Source: Schmidtea polychroa
Taxonomy: Eukaryota
Direction of reading: 5' to 3'
DNA length: 64,000 nucleotides
Assembly: GCA_044892525.1 (NCBI GenBank)
Contig: CM097886.1
Coordinates: forward strand, 32,178,001 to 32,242,000
Shown: positions 1 to 15,608 of the stretch, piece by piece
Layout of the letters: every line of letters starts with the position of its first letter
Position numbering within the stretch: the stretch's first letter is position 1
Program-made: the position numbers and the translations under genes
The notes under the pieces: generated by a model
What the model was told of the DNA's origin: nothing
Seen by the model: only the letters and a program-made list of their open reading frames with translations
Database searches by the model: none

Positions 1-3000
1 TTTTATTTGAACATCCGACGTTTTAAAGAAATTTCTTATTAAATGGTTTTTAAAATACTTTTAATCCAAAATTTCTGTCAAATTGAAACCGGCTAAATTT
101 TTTGTGTTACTACACTTGTATCAAATAAAATATAAATAATATGATAAGCAAACTCAGTTTCATTATTTATTAAATCAGAATCACATTAACAACAAATATT
201 ATTTTGATTAAACAAAATTATGTCCAAAAAACAAACATTGCGTGACAATATTTCATAAATTGTTATATTTCTATCAATTGAAAAGAAATTAGAGCTTGTC
301 TGTGTAAAAAATAACAAAATAAGTTTAATAGATTGTATTGAAATTAGATAAACAATGACATTTTGAAGGGGTCTGTTTTTTCCCCTGAACTTCATCAATT
401 ATACTATATTCAAAATTCTACTGATGACGCTTAGCAGACGGGAAAAAGATCAAACAAAATAGTAGAGATTAGAACTTTTGAGTAAATAAAACATTTAAGA
501 AATTTATATTACTAATGTTTTTTTAATTTNNNNNNNNNNNNNNNNNNNNNNNNNNNNNNNNNNNNNNNNNNNNNNNNNNNNNNNNNNNNNNNNNNNNNNN
601 NNNNNNNNNNNNNNNNNNNNNNNNNNNNNNNNNNNNNNNNNNNNNNNNNNNNNNNNNNNNNNNNNNNNNNNNNNNNNNNNNNNNNNNNNNNNNNNNATTT
701 TGTTATGATTCATCCAAAGCAATATTACAAGTTTTAACTGAAGCTGTTGAATCTCGGATTTTAAAAATAACGTAAGTTTTGATTAATGTTATTATTAATG
801 GTACATTTATCAGTTTTTATCTTATTTTTTTTAAATTTAATTTGACAAACTTTAAAATTATTGATTATTATCTATTGATCAATTCTATAAGTATTAATTA
901 TATCTTGAAAATTTGAATTTTTTTGAATTTTTTTTTTTGAACTGAATTTTTTTTTCTAAGTAAATAATAAAATTTGTATTAACATAATTCTTAATAAAAA
1001 CGGTATTATGCTTTTGAGCCTGTAAGGGTTTAGAAAATAATCATTCAAGTCCGTTTTCGAGAGTGTCATAAGTTTACATAAATAAAACTCATGTCGCTTC
1101 TTGTACAAATTCTATAGTACAAAGATTTACTGTCAAAATATATTTATCTAAAATGTTGAGCCTAGGAAATTAGGCTAAGCTCACTCTTAAATATCTTGTA
1201 TTGGATTCAATAGTCAATTCCCAAGAATTAATTTGTATTTGTTGTAATAAAACTTTAAAATTATAAAATCTTTCCATGCTTTTATTGAATTTTTAACTTT
1301 TTAACATGTTCACAACCGCGCGAATCACTGGTGGCCCCCACTAACCTGTCCCATTAGGGACGTATTTGATTGTGTTATTAGACGTATATTAGACGTATTA
1401 TTATAGAATTTAACGTATATTCGTCAAAAACATTTCAGCATTTCAAATATTTATATATTATCGCTCAATCCAGACAAATGAGCGTATATAAACCTGCATT
1501 TATTTGTTAAATTTATTGAAAATTATTGACATTTATTATTTTCATAATATTTATCAGTAATAATATTAATTTTTTACCATATATAAAATTAGTGGCAAAA
1601 GCTTGTAATGCGAGCTAAATCATCATATTTTTAAATAAAATTTAGGTTAAAGGACAATGTAATATTTCATTTTATTAAATTTTTATAAATTTTAATTAGG
1701 AAAATTTAACTTAATATTTTACCTAAAATATTATAAGTAAAATATTTTTATTTTTATTTCCCTGCAATTGTTAATATTAAAAGGACAACAATTAAAGAAT
1801 AGCTTATGTTTTAATGATTTAATTATTTTTACTGAGATAATCAGTGCCGGTTCTAGGAATTTTCTGTGTGTAGGCAAGATGCGAATTTGCCTCCGCAAAA
1901 ATAAAAAATGTAATTTGAAAAAAATAGAAAAACACTGAATATCTGAACTGTTGGGTTATTGAGTTGGTGATAAATTTAAATGTTGCTCTGACTCGAAGCG
2001 TGTCTTTGACTGATCCACAAATAACATCAGAAATCTTTATTGATAATCACAAATAAACTTTCACTTTACACTGACAATCAATTTAACACTCTAATTGGTG
2101 ACTATACAATGCTTATTACAACACTCGGTGAGGAATAGCACTTTCGTATAACACCGGATTAAAAGATCACAAATTACTGATTGGTTTCTAAACTGGGACT
2201 TTCAGCTGGTTGTTTTCTCTGACCTTCACAATTTATTCAAAATATTCAGGTAACTTCTTTTCGTTTAATTTTTTCAACTTACTCTTTTTTTCAAATCTTC
2301 TCCAACAACTATTCTTCACAATTATTTTCTTTAAAATTATTCTCTACAAATCGTTTTCCAATAACGTTTGTTCGACTCTGTCCAATTTTCTTTCTATTCT
2401 CGTTTCGCTTTTGTATTAATTTGTCTCTCACGCTTCGTCTCAATTTCGAGTAACTTTTTGTCTCGCTTTTGTCTAATTTTTGTCTCTCTCCTTGTCTTTG
2501 ATAGTTTCTCTTTATATAGCTTGCTTATATTGTGGCACTCAAGATAATCAAGTGTTTTTCCACTTTCTTTCTCCTGCCTTTCCCGATTGTTCCATTTTTA
2601 TCTCTGGCGGCTGTCAAGATAGTTTCTCTTTTTCCTTTTTTGTTCAACCGCCTTCTAACGGCAATTACGTTATTACTAGCAAGCTGTCGAGATAAGAATA
2701 TTGTTATTTTCCTTTTTTCCTGATTTCAAAATTCCTTTTCCTTTTTGTACTAATTAATTAGTACTGACCTTGGTTTTTATTTTCTTGTTTAATTTCTTTT
2801 GTTTCCTTCCTCTTTCTCATTTCTTTTTATTCCGTTTTCTTTTCGGAGTTCAAATAGATCGTCCCATTTTTCATGACGATCTTCCCCCAGGTATTTTATT
2901 TATTTATTTATAAATTTGTTATTTAGGTATCCTCAACAATACATATATGTGTATGTTTTTCAAGATTTCAAACCGAGCCCAAAAAAACATTTTAATTGAC

Positions 3001-3522
3001 AAAAAATTAGAAAATGCCGCCGTCGGCGGTCGCGGATGTTGCCTACGCTTAAAACCGAGCCTGGAGATAATAGTTGTTGTATATTCATTTGGAACCTACT
3101 TACATTACTACAGTATTTCCAGTATATGGAGTAATAGTGCTTGTACTTTACTGTACATTCCATTTTTAAGGAAATCGCCTATAATAACATCTGGTTATAA
3201 AAATAAATTCTGGAAAAAGACATTTTATTATATCCGGAAGTTTCTGTATATGAACAGATCTTAGACTGTGGATTTAAGTCTAATACTAGAGTACATTTTA
3301 GTATTTAGTTGTAAAAATAAATGTTTTTGTTTTAATTCAATGAAGAATAGGCTTAATATAACTGAACGATATTACAGGTTAGTAACATTTGGCACATGAT
3401 GATACTTTCGTTCGTGAACTATATACACTGTTATATTAAAAGGATAAATTAATTAATAAAAACTTACAAATTGCATTTCTAGCCAGTGGTTGAATAATCT
3501 GATGTTGATTGATAATTGAGAT

Positions 3523-4298
3523 TAGCGTTTCCCAAACTGTTACTTACTAAAAAATAGGGTATTATTAAATGTGCTCAAAAAATAAACATTACTGTGCTAA
3601 TGAATTACTTGATTGTGCCCATTGATTTATAATATGTAATAATTAATTAATTATTTGACATCAAGAAATTGATGTGCTCATGGATTTATTAATTGGGCAC
3701 ATAAATTAATTTAATTAACTCGAAAAAAATTTAATAGTGTAGATAAATTAATTATCAAAGAGAATTAAATTAAATTTAAAAACAAAAATCAATTTTAATA
3801 TTAATTATTACTTTCAAACTTGTTTTTTGATAAAAAGTGTTTGCACTTTATATTTTTGTATAACATATTATAATGAGAAAAATGAACAACAGCAGTGAAT
3901 TCCAGGAATTGGACCAATACCATTCTGATGAAAATATTTCAGACGCAGACACTGAATCTGTTGCCAAAAAAACCAAATTGTTTAAAAATTGGGATGCAAT
4001 TCAGTTTTTGAAATTTATAAAAATTATTTACCTTTTAATCAGTTTCCATATTCGTCTTTTAAATAAAAAATTTGTGGTTTCATAAAATTCTAAACGAACT
4101 GGGATTTCCACTGGACATTCCACTCACGATCTGAAAAAATAATAATTCAATATTAAATGAAATGGAAATACATTTATAAAATTTAATCAAAGTACATTTA
4201 TAAATGGGAAATCCAAATGGTCAAGTTCTTATTGTATGTTTAGAATTAGATTAGCAAAAGTTCATTTAGGTTCACTGAACCATATTTAGGAAACGCTG
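3523..4298. mobile_element. hAT (Charlie/Buster-like) non-autonomous element
   Basis: Imperfect TIR (t)agcgtttcccaaa / tttaggaaacgctg. 8-bp flanks attgagat / atttagat (7 of 8 match). Confidence 0.65.
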
Positions 4299-6153
4299 AT
4301 TTAGATTAATCATACGTGAAATGAAAATATTCTTAATAAACATTGAAGAACTTTATAAAGCAACATTTTTGCAATTGTAAAAGAAATAATTATAACAATT
4401 TTTATTTACAGTTTCCAAATGTAGCAATTATTGTTAAATTGTCTTTTTTTTACCATCTACCGCTAATTATTTCTCTATTTTCCGTTAAATATTTCTAATG
4501 AAATAATGATAAATTTATTTGAAAAACGTCATATTTGCTTATTAATTACGGCTTTGACTAAATTATTTTGACAATTTTTTCGCTACTTTGTCTTTTTTTC
4601 TGAAAAACACAAATCGTACGTTGGCTGAGATTTTTATACTGTTTTGAAAATATTCGAATAGCATGAAAAGAAATATCATATCGAATTAAAATCTCATAGT
4701 ATTTCATGCGTTTTCAAATAAAATTTAATATTGACTGAAATCGAAAAGAAACTTAACAATCTTGCCATATTTTTCCATAAATATTTTAATTCACTTGTTA
4801 TGGGTGTAATTATTTCATTTTTAAACTAGAATGACATATACCTCATCTTGGCTAAAAAAAGTTTAGCTGACTTGAAGTTCGTTCGTTGAGGAAGACTTTG
4901 ATGCATTTTAGTGCTTAACCAGAAACCAATTCCTAAAATAAGTGCGCAATCTATCGAAGTATTATTGTCATTTAGATTTTCCTATCTTTGCAAATTAAGA
5001 CTTTTCCGTACTAATGGAAATGAGTATTTATTGTTCAATAGTTGGACACTCTTAAAATTTATTTGCTTTCAAAAACTACTTCATTCTTCTCATTAAAATA
5101 GTTATGATGTAAAATGTTATTTAAAGTTTAAAAATTTGATTGATTGCCTCTTTATTTAAAAGGAAATTAATTTATGCTTTTATATATGTAGTAAATTTAT
5201 CTAATTACAAAAAACATTATTAGTTAAATTTTTTATTCTTTTTACCATAAATCTTTTCGTAGATTTTCTTTACAATAAAACAAAATATTGAAAAATATCT
5301 CAAAAACAAACCAAAAAACTTTATTTCAATTCAAAGTGTATTCTTTTTAATCAGATGAATCAAAAAATACCAGCCAAATAAATTTCACCAAGATGATAAT
5401 AATAATGAAATATATAACTAATCAAGTAGGAAGGATTTCGCATTTGGAAAGTAAACTAACGGTAAAACCATTCATACGTCATTCTTCATACTTCATTTAC
5501 CAGACCGGAAAATCGAAATTCAACTCTCCACAAAAATCTGAATTTTTATTACAGAAAAGATTTTTCATTGACGGATTTTATATTATTGTTAAAATAATTA
5601 TAAAATTGAGATTTTATTTTTATAAATTGTTTCTATTTTATCAATTGAAATAATGAAATCAAATTAAATTCCTTCAGTAATGTTTTGATTTTTGGCAAGA
5701 TTACCTAAAATAGATGGAAATAATTTTTTTTAATTAAATTACGAAAATATCTTAAAATAATGGTTTCTATTCAACTGGAAGACCACGTTTTTGATTTCAT
5801 TAAGGAAAATACAAAATTACTTCAATTTTGTTTAGCCAATTTAAAATATAATTATCCACAAACATTACTTTTATTGCTACTAATAATGTAATTGATAAAT
5901 TTTAAATAAATAATTTTATTTATTAAATAATTATAAATTAAAATTATCAAATGATCTCATAAATTATGCGAATTTTCTTTAATTTAAAATATAATTTAAT
6001 AAAAATTAAAAAGTGATAAATCTTTGTATAAAAACTGTTGAGGTTCTCAAATCTCAACTTGATGGTTCATATATAACTAAGAACACAAACACTGGTTCAA
6101 TAAATTTATTTATTTATCACAATTACAAATTAATATATATATATATATATATA

Positions 6154-6795
6154 TGTTACGGTAAATGTACAATCTTGGGAAATGTACACTTTTACCGTAA
6201 AATGTGTACATTTCCCAAAAGGTTAGGTATAAGTGAACTGAATATAATGTATATGTACATTTCCAGGCAAATGTGTACACCTGCCTATACGTTTTGGTAA
6301 ATGTATACTCTTACCTTCGTATTTTAAAGCACCAGCACCAACTATTATCCCAATGTAATGTAATTTTAATTATATGTGTTGAAGTGTAATATTCTTTACT
6401 TACTATTTACATTTTACATTATATATATATTTATAACTCATTTATATTTATAAAATATTTACTCATATATATTTATAAAAGAAAAAAAAGACTTGAGCTT
6501 TTACACGAAGCGTACGTGTGGGGGTAGGCGGGGTTGAATGTACGTGTACCCTTGTGAGCAGTACCCTTTGGGGGTCAAATTATAATTTCGGATAGTCCAG
6601 ACTATATATATTAAATTTCGTATTTTGTATGCTCACATTCTCCAAAACGACATGGTCATTGTGAATTCAATGTACATTTCCCTTATTTGAAATTGTGAAT
6701 GTTAGTTGAATGCACATTACCAAAATGAGGAGGCTAATGTGCACATTTACCGGAAAATGTGTACATTTGCCACAATATCTACTTTTACCGTAACA
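6154..6795. mobile_element. TGT...ACA terminal-inverted-repeat element inserted in a (TA)n tract
   Basis: TGTTACGGTAAA / TTTACCGTAACA termini, (TA)n on both sides, and repeated subterminal aaatgt(gt)acatt motifs. Confidence 0.85.
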
Positions 6796-9700
6796 TATAT
6801 ATATATATATATATATAACAATCACCTCAAAATAACTTTAATTTATATTTTATATATTTCACTGAGAAATCAGTCTGCTTATATATTAAAATTTTTGTTG
6901 ACTAAATAAACATAGTGCACTTCGCACTGCATAATCTCAGATCGTTCAATAATAAATCAATTGTTTTGTGGAGTGATATATTACAATTCGCATTGGATTC
7001 TAAATTTGGCGATTTTCAAAAATTATGTTGACTGTTGCAAATTAGTTTTATTATCAACCAATAAAATTCTAGTTTTAAATAAAAAAAAGTAAATACGTGA
7101 TTTCAAATATTTGGATTAAAAAGTACTTTGAATTTCAATTTAAATCGAGTTTGTTTGTTTTGCAGAATTAGATTTGTATATTTTGTTGACACAATTTCGA
7201 AAGCGATTTTTCCAATAATTTTTATGACAATGAATAGTTTTTAATGTTTTGACATTGTTGTCTCGTGAAAAGATATCATTGGTATGATTCTGCAATTTTA
7301 TTGATATAAAAATTGGATATAAAAATTGAAAATTTTAAGATGTAATTTTTATGTAATTTTTATTTAACTAATACAACATCAGGCCGTATCAACCCATGGC
7401 AGAGACAGTAGCGTAACTATTGGTACCACAACTGCGGGGCCCAGGCAAAAGGAGGTCTATTTTCAAGCCTGAAAAAATGAAATATTTTAATTAATAAATG
7501 CACAACAGAAGACGGGAAACCGAAACTTCTTGTAAACTCCTTATAATCTATGTAATATCAGTAAAACAATAATAAAAATAATAACAATAATAAAAATAAT
7601 AACAATAATAATAACAAACAACAAATAATAAACAATAATTGCAAATAATAAATAATAATAAACAACAATAATAACCCAAATAAGTATCATCGTTTTTTAT
7701 CCGTTATTTATTATAAAATATAAAGTTCATGTAGATCATAATAAACCAATAAATCAATAAAAACAAAATATATAATTACAGCTTAATAACATAAATAAAT
7801 AATTTGATTAATCACATCGAAATTGTTAATAATCAAATATAAGTTATTATCACAATATAATAATGTTTATCTCATTAATCAAATAGATATTATTAGATAT
7901 TATCCACGTGTATATTGTGTATTTATTTGTTCCTATTTTGTAATGTTTAAGTTTTAAAATATTAATGTTCGTCCATCTTCTAACAAAACTACAGCATGAC
8001 TGTAACATTGTTTGAATTAAGTAATTTAACGCATTTTAATTTTATTTCTTTTTCCAATTCCATTTGTTATAGAAAAACCGAAAGAATATTCAATGTTATG
8101 CTGCATTATATTTTAAATAGTAAAATGAGTAATGAAATCACCCGAAAGAATTATAATATATAATCGTGAAGCAATTATTAGTGTTAGGATTTTAGTGAGA
8201 CAGTGTAAGTTATATTATTTGATGTTAATAATTACATTAACTATCTTTATTAATTGTAAATGTGGTAGGGGCATAAATATTAATAAAAATAATAACAATT
8301 TTTCTAGGAGAGAAAAGAATTGAAAAAATGCATGTGTATAAAAAATATTTGGAGCAATATATAAAATAGGACTTTTTTTCGTTTATTTACAAAATAGAAC
8401 ACTTTTTTCAAAACCAGAACGTTTGAAAGTTTTTTTACAAATAAGATGATTTGAAATCATTGATTTCCATATATAATTAATAATATTAAAAAAACAGGAA
8501 TCCTCTTTAAATTTAATTTCTTTTATTAATTTTTTTTGTCTGAGGTTTTCCCGACATTGTTTGAGCGCATCTTTTAAAATGTGTTTAAATTAATAGAAAA
8601 ATAGAATGGTTTGGGAAATTCAAGGGGGGAAAATGCCCCTACTTGCCCCTCTTTGCGGACGCCCATGAGTCTGGGTGAAATGAATACATAAAGATCCTAT
8701 TTTCTGATTTAATTAAATGTAGTAATCAGAACAGTGCAAAAACATTATAAAATAAAAATTTATCATATCATTGGTTTATTCATCCTGATCATTGACTGAA
8801 ATGTATTAATTTCTAGCTTTTTGAAGAATTCTTTCTCTCATATCTTTAGTTTTTATTTTGAACATCATAATAAAAACTCTTACTAAACCACCGCGTATGT
8901 AGATCATGTAGTAGGCAGAGACGGACTTACTCCTGTCAAGAAGTTGGATGATAGCAATGTGAATATGAAGATTGTTTGAAATTGTTTTTGTTATTTCGAG
9001 CAGAGTTAGTTGAGTTCTTTAAAATGGTCATGGATATCAACAGGAACCAAACTGATGCAGCCTCAATTTTTAATAAAAGCTCTTAAGGAGTATAAACCAA
9101 ACCAAATATCCAAGATTATATAGTATTACGTCAATATTTGAGGTATTTTACATACACAAATAGGGCCACATCAAAGTGGCCACATTGACGTCAAAGGTCG
9201 ATTATAATATCGTCATATATATCAATTACATAATTTTTAAGATGTAAAAATAAAATTTAAGGTGTTTATAATCCCATAACATTATTTCTGTAAATTTGAC
9301 TCTGAATCATTAATAGGACAACTAATTATAATTCATAATTATTTATGTCTAAAATTCAGTTTCTAATTCTAAATTTCAACAGCATTTATTTCTTCGTTTT
9401 ATTTAGTTTTTAAAAATATATAAAAATTACTAATTATTAATTAGAAAGTTGCCTATGATAATAGCATTATATAATAAATAAAATTTCATTAATGAGGTTT
9501 GATTGGTATGCACCCTTGTGGCTGCAACTGTGGGATCGGTAATCCACCTAGAGCAATACTAGTTCTTTTCGCTTTTCAGGCAGAATTCACCGTTCGAGAT
9601 TTTTTGAATACATTTCACCTTTTTATTTGCGGGCTAATATGTGTATCATATTTCTCAGGCGCTCAAACCTCTCCATTGAATTTTTCCAACATTAAATTAC

Positions 9701-11229
9701 ATAGGCTAATAGATATTATATATCTGACTTCTCGATAAAGATAATGAAGTGAACACGGTATCTCAAAATGATTAATAATTGATCTATCGAAATCTCGCCA
9801 AACATATCCAAGATTACCCCGATGATAATCAACTTCTGACCACATTTGATAAAGTTGCTTCAGTTCATACATTGTTTTTTGTCATTTGTTGAACAAGTAA
9901 ACAATAGGATTAGAAGTCGGTGCAAAATATGTAGAAAGTGATAAAATTTTAGATTATAAGATAATCATTTGATTTATAGATTGATTTCAAGAGATTGGTT
10001 TCAAGAGATCTTATAATTGTATAATTTCTCTCACTTAATACATATTTTGCAGCTAAGACTTGTCTTGTTATTTATTTGTCATTTAATTTATGCTGCTATC
10101 AAGAAACGATCATTTAAAATTGTTATAATAATAATTATTAGAAGCTGTTAAAATATCTTCTAAATTATTTTTTAAATCTAGTTCAAAAGTTAACGTCATA
10201 ATTCCAAGTATTTATTTAATGAAATATTGTATAATTTCCAAACAAATTTTCAGCGTTGAATAAAATATTTCAAAAAACCATTTATTAAAATTTCGATATT
10301 TAAAATATATTTATTTAAAAATGATCCGGTTAAAAAGCTTGTTTAATTTAAAAATTTAAAAATTTCAGTTTAAAAATTATTTTCAAAGTTATTTTAAATA
10401 GTCAATTATTTATCATTTAAAATTATCTTAATAATTTTTTGAAATATATAACTCTCAGCTGAAAACACCTCACAATAATAATAAACAATTAAATGATAAT
10501 TTAAGCATTTTGCTGCGAAGTATATATTTAATAAAATGAAAGAATTTTCAACTATAAAAATAATCCTTTTTATAGAAAATTCTTTCATTTTATTAATTGT
10601 AAATGCTCAGCAAAATGCTTAAATTATTATTTTGTTGCTTAACACTTTAATACTGCTACCAANNNNNNNNNNNNNNNNNNNNNNNNNNNNNNNNNNNNNN
10701 NNNNNNNNNNNNNNNNNNNNNNNNNNNNNNNNNNNNNNNNNNNNNNNNNNNNNNNNNNNNNNNNNNNNNNNNNNNNNNNNNNNNNNNNNNNNNNNNNNNN
10801 NNNNNNNNNNNNNNNNNNNNNNNNNNNNNNNNNNNNNNNNNNNNNNNNNNNNNNNNNNNTTCTTTATTTAAATTACATTTTATTTATTTATTTAAAATAA
10901 CAAATCTATTTTAAATTACTGCCGACTGCGCACATTGAAAACGAATATTTCTGTAATTTCAATATATGTCTTTCTAAATTTTATTTATGATTTTCATGAG
11001 TAGAAATCTCTCAGTTTCTTACTGTTTTAAAAATTTCTTCTTTTCATTCAAGAGAAATTATTGATTTTATTTATTAAAAGTTTAAAATATTATAAAATAA
11101 AAATATGAGAATTCCCATAAATTTGAATAATAAATCCAATAAATAAATACAAATTTTTCCTATAAATTTAAATAAATAAATAAAATTATATATTATATAT
11201 TAAATTTAATTTAAATTCAAATTCAAATT

Positions 11230-12060
11230 TGTAATAGTAACTTTTTAAAAGTGGAGTATATCTCTGGCTGAGTTTCTCGATTTTTAATATATTTGATTGA
11301 AACAAGCATCAGAAAACAACGGTTTTATTTTGACAAGTCTTTTAACGAATAAAGATATTTTAATGTTGGATGATGGTAAACCAAGTAATTTAAAAAACAA
11401 TTATCAAATTAGTCGACGTGTGACTTTGAATAAAATAATCAAAGAATATAAAAATATATGGGATGTAAGCAAAACCAATTTAGTATAACATTAAATATTA
11501 ACTAAAAGTGAAACTATTGTTAATAACCCTTGATGCCAACCATTTCATCTAATTGACAAAATTGAAAAAAATATTATGGATATTATGGAGTAAAATTGTA
11601 TAATTATTCAGGTATAATAAGTATGAAAATGCCAAACCATGTGAACTACAATTAATAATGGAAAGCGTAAATCAGAAAGATAAGAGTTACAAAAAAGAAT
11701 GCAAGGAAATAAGGAAGATAAATTATTTTTCAATAAAGCAAGACCAAATCGAATTTTCAATATCGGGAATGTTGTTTTGGTAAAAAACATGTGGCAATAA
11801 AAATGAAGATAGGTAAAAAATAAAGAAGTTGCATGAAAGAAGTTTCATGATCGAATTTCAAAATGGAAAATGGAAAATTAGAAATGTGGAATGAATCACA
11901 TTTTAAAACGAGGGGATATAGGATAACTATAAATAATACCTATTTCAATAAATATTATTGTATGTTAAGTTTGTAATAATTGATTATTATGTAATGTATG
12001 TCTGAATATCAAAGATGTAATATAGTATCAATTTATTTCAACTAAGCACCAATTTAAACA
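11230..12060 (+). mobile_element. Highly decayed gypsy integrase 3' remnant with PPT-like tract
   Basis: ORF 11297 resembles an integrase core. A degenerate 'PYH..SNGQIE'-like segment lies near 11530, and aaacgagggga near 11906. Confidence 0.5.
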
Positions 12061-13234
12061 AAAATCTTACTTTCATTTAATTATCAACCACATGTAAAAT
12101 TTTATCATTTTGTTTAATTAAACAATTTACTTTGACTAACTTTAAAAAAATTTATTAAAGGAAATTCCTTTTTTGATTTCCCGAAAATTTTCATCGTTAT
12201 TAAAAGAAATTTTAATTAACCAATTGATTAAATTTTTTGATCTTTTACAAAGAGCCACTTAAATTTTCAAAGAATATTTTCCGATTCTTGATAAAAATGA
12301 GAAACGAAAAAGTTCAATTAGTTAGAAGCATTGACAGATTTTTCTGTTTTTATTTAAGTTTAGCCATAATTTAGTATTTAATTTATCTTTAAAACTCGTT
12401 GCTTTATAAATTAATCTTGACATTACGATAGGGGAAATATTCTGATGTAAAATATTTTTAATTTATCCTTGATTTATATATTTAATCTTTTCCGGACGGA
12501 TTATTTTACAAATAATGAAAACAGGTTGAACATTACTCAAATGTAGGATTATAATTTTTAGTTTCAATATTTTTAATATTTGCATTTTTCATTGTAATTT
12601 CATTAGCTACATATTTATAANNNNNNNNNNNNNNNNNNNNNNNNNNNNNNNNNNNNNNNNNNNNNNNNNNNNNNNNNNNNNNNNNNNNNNNNNNNNNNNN
12701 NNNNNNNNNNNNNNNNNNNNNNNNNNNNNNNNNNNNNNNNNNNNNNNNNNNNNNNNNNNNNNNNNNNNNNNNNNNNNNNNNNNNNNNNNNNNNNNNNNNN
12801 NNNNNNNNNNNNNNNNNNNNNNNNNNNNNNNNNNNNNNNNNNNNNNNNNNNNNNNNNNNNNNNNNNNNNNNNNNNNNNNNNNNNNNNNNNNNNNNNNNNN
12901 NNNNNNNNNNNNNNNNNNNNNNNNNNNNNNNNNNNNNNNNNNNNNNNNNNNNNNNNNNNNNNNNNNNNNNNNNNNNNNNNNNNNNNNNNNNNNNNNNNNN
13001 NNNNNNNNNNNNNNNNNNNNNNNNNNNNNNNNNNNNNNNNNNNNNNNNNNNNNNNNNNNNNNNNNNNNNNNNNNNNNNNNNNNNNNNNNNNNNNNNNNNN
13101 NNNNNNNNNNNNNNNNNNNNNNNNNNNNNNNNNNNNNNNNNNNNNNNNNNNNNNNNNNNNNNNNNNNNNNNNNNNNNNNNNNNNNNNNNNNNNNNNNNNN
13201 NNNNNNNNNNNNNNNNNNNNNNNNCTATTTTTAG

Positions 13235-13515
13235 ATTCAATATAACAAATCCAAAGGAATATCAAACACTGAAATATGAATTTACTCTTGCTGTATCAGA
13301 CGTTAGTCCGGTTACAAATATATTAAGTGATCTATTTCAAGTGAGACTTAGGTGGACTGGTGAAAATCTTTATCCCTTGAATTCCATTAAATCATTTCTC
13401 AGTGAATTTGCTTTGGCCCTAAAAATGGGGAAAATAGCCAATTATGTCGACCCAGAAGATTTATTGATTTATCTCGTACTGCACAGCAGAGATTTCCGAG
13501 TCATTTCTCGTGACA
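13235..13515 (+). CDS. Dystroglycan-like gene, first identifiable exon (end of Ig-like domain plus S6/SEA-like region)
   Basis: ttttag acceptor, open frame FNITNPKEYQTLKYEFTLAV...LVLHSRDFRVISRD, GTGAGT donor (phase 2 in, phase 1 out). Assigned by colinearity with the clearly dystroglycan-like downstream exons. Upstream exons were not found and may lie in the 12621-13224 gap. Confidence 0.65.
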
Positions 13516-15608
13516 GTGAGTAAATAGATCAGTTTACTGCACTAATTAATTTTTCTATTAATCAATTTCCACAGATGTTTTATTTGCAAAATAATTTATA
13601 AATATGAAAATTTTCCGCTTAATTTTTCTTGTCTGTTAATGAAAAGAATTTTAATTTTCCCCTGAAATTAGAATATTAAATAAATGCGAATTTAATTAAT
13701 TGATTAAAATTAATTAATTGCACTACTCTAAATGTAATCGATAAAATAAAAATTATTTACTTAAAACTTGCATTTGAATATCTTTCTTCGGTTCTTGATC
13801 GTTTGTAGAAATTAATTTTTGTTTACGTCAGGTCAGGTTAAAGACCAAAGAGAATTAAATGACAGAGAAAGTCTAAGTCATTCTTGCATAGTATTCGCTA
13901 GAGGGCTTTATTATTATTGTGATAAAATGATAAAGTTATTTTTTTAATATTTATTTTAAAAATTTTAAATTATAACATTGTTTCATCAATATACATTGTT
14001 AATAAAAAATATCAAAGTCATTAATATTATTGATATTGTCATAATTTCTAAATGAATAAGTTGCTGTCTAGCTGTGAATTGTTCTAATTTCAATTCATTT
14101 CAATTGTGACTTTTGGATATACGATATTTTTATCTTCCGACTTTTTCATCCTGTGACTTTTTGAAAGTTGCCTTTTATTTAAGATCTTTTGTTTGAGAAT
14201 TTATCATAGTAAAGAAATCCAAAATGAGCAAACTTCACCATTTCCTAATTCAGTTATTAATTCAATCGGATTTAACGACAAATACTAATCGTACAAAATA
14301 TTTCTATTTCTGTAGTAGGTATTGTGAGTAAAATGTAATAGCATAATAGTAAAATAAAAACTTACCTTAGTTTTCAAAACTCGCAAAAATACAAAAAAAT
14401 TAACTTAGAAAATATATAATATAAAGTAATTTATCTATAAAAATTATAACTTTTTGTAAATCTTATAAAGGACTCGTAACTCTTTCACTTCGAAATTGCA
14501 AGTGAGTGTTTTCTTTAAACTCTTACAACATTTTTTGAGCTGTTAGGGCATTTTGTATTATTTGTACACAAAATTCTCCTATCATAAAAATATTAATTTT
14601 TAATTGGTTATCGTAAATTTTAATTGGTTGCATTTTTAGATAATTTGGTGGGCTATTTTATGGGAAATTAGCGATATTCTATTCATTTAGTCACGTCCGC
14701 AACAGATAAGAGTAATAAATAAAAGGTTCTTCCTTTCAAGTAGCCAGAAGCTGAGATGTCAAGTGAAGTGAAACTTTTTTTCTCTTCTTTCATGCTCAAA
14801 ATATGTAATATAACATCAAATTCCAACTGGGAATTTAAAATATTTATTGTAACTTTGTCCCTTTATTATACCTTTTAGGTATTTATAAATACGATATTTT
14901 ACCCATAAAATTTTCTAGAAAGGATTTTTAATTTACCGTATATACCGGTAAATTTACCAAGTGTTTTTTTTTGCCAATGCAATCTCTAATTGTGAATTTT
15001 CTTCCTGTTGCTTTCAAACTGTTGCTATGTTTGACTGTACTTGAGATTACATAACTAAATGTTGCTGCTCCATATGTGCAGTTATTACCATTTGCATTTT
15101 GCAAATTATAATGAATAATGTCAACTGATTCATAAAATGTTACTCTTGGTGCGTCATCAAATTTCAAATTACTTTTAATAATTTGCTGCATTTGAGAAAT
15201 TCTATTTTTCTAAATGAAAAAATAAACTGTTGATAAAAGTTTTCAAATGTAGTACTAATGCATTTGTTTATTGTCAAATAATAATATAAGCATATTTTCT
15301 AGGTGTATCTCAATACATATAGTGACACCAACTAATAGAAGAATAAGAATGTGATCTGTCGATAATATAGCAGTTTGACATGACGGTGAGTAGAAAAGAT
15401 TTAAAAACCTTTTGTGAATATATATTCTCTGATGACCACTTTAGAGTTGTAGTATTTGTAAAAGTATTGAAAAACAAATGAAACTAAATGGTCAGTAGAA
15501 AGAACCAAAATGCGTAAAAAATCATAGTCATTCAAATTAACATATTTCATTAAATTTTCTTTATTTAAAAAAACGCGGAAATTATTAGATAGTAAACCTG
15601 TTTTTTAG

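Noticed and set aside
418-450. Penelope-type hammerhead remnant ctgatgacgcttagcagacgggaaa
   Set aside because: Stem II does not pair properly and no stem I/III is evident. At most a decayed remnant.
2200-2900. Non-LTR (RTE-like) retrotransposon remnant on the minus strand (TAARDKNGTI)
   Set aside because: Purine-rich and coding-like, but no catalytic RT or endonuclease motif is readable. The + strand ORFs here are antisense shadows.
9499-9872. ORFs on both strands as a gene or integrase fragment
   Set aside because: No convincing motif or splice context. Possibly decayed TE.
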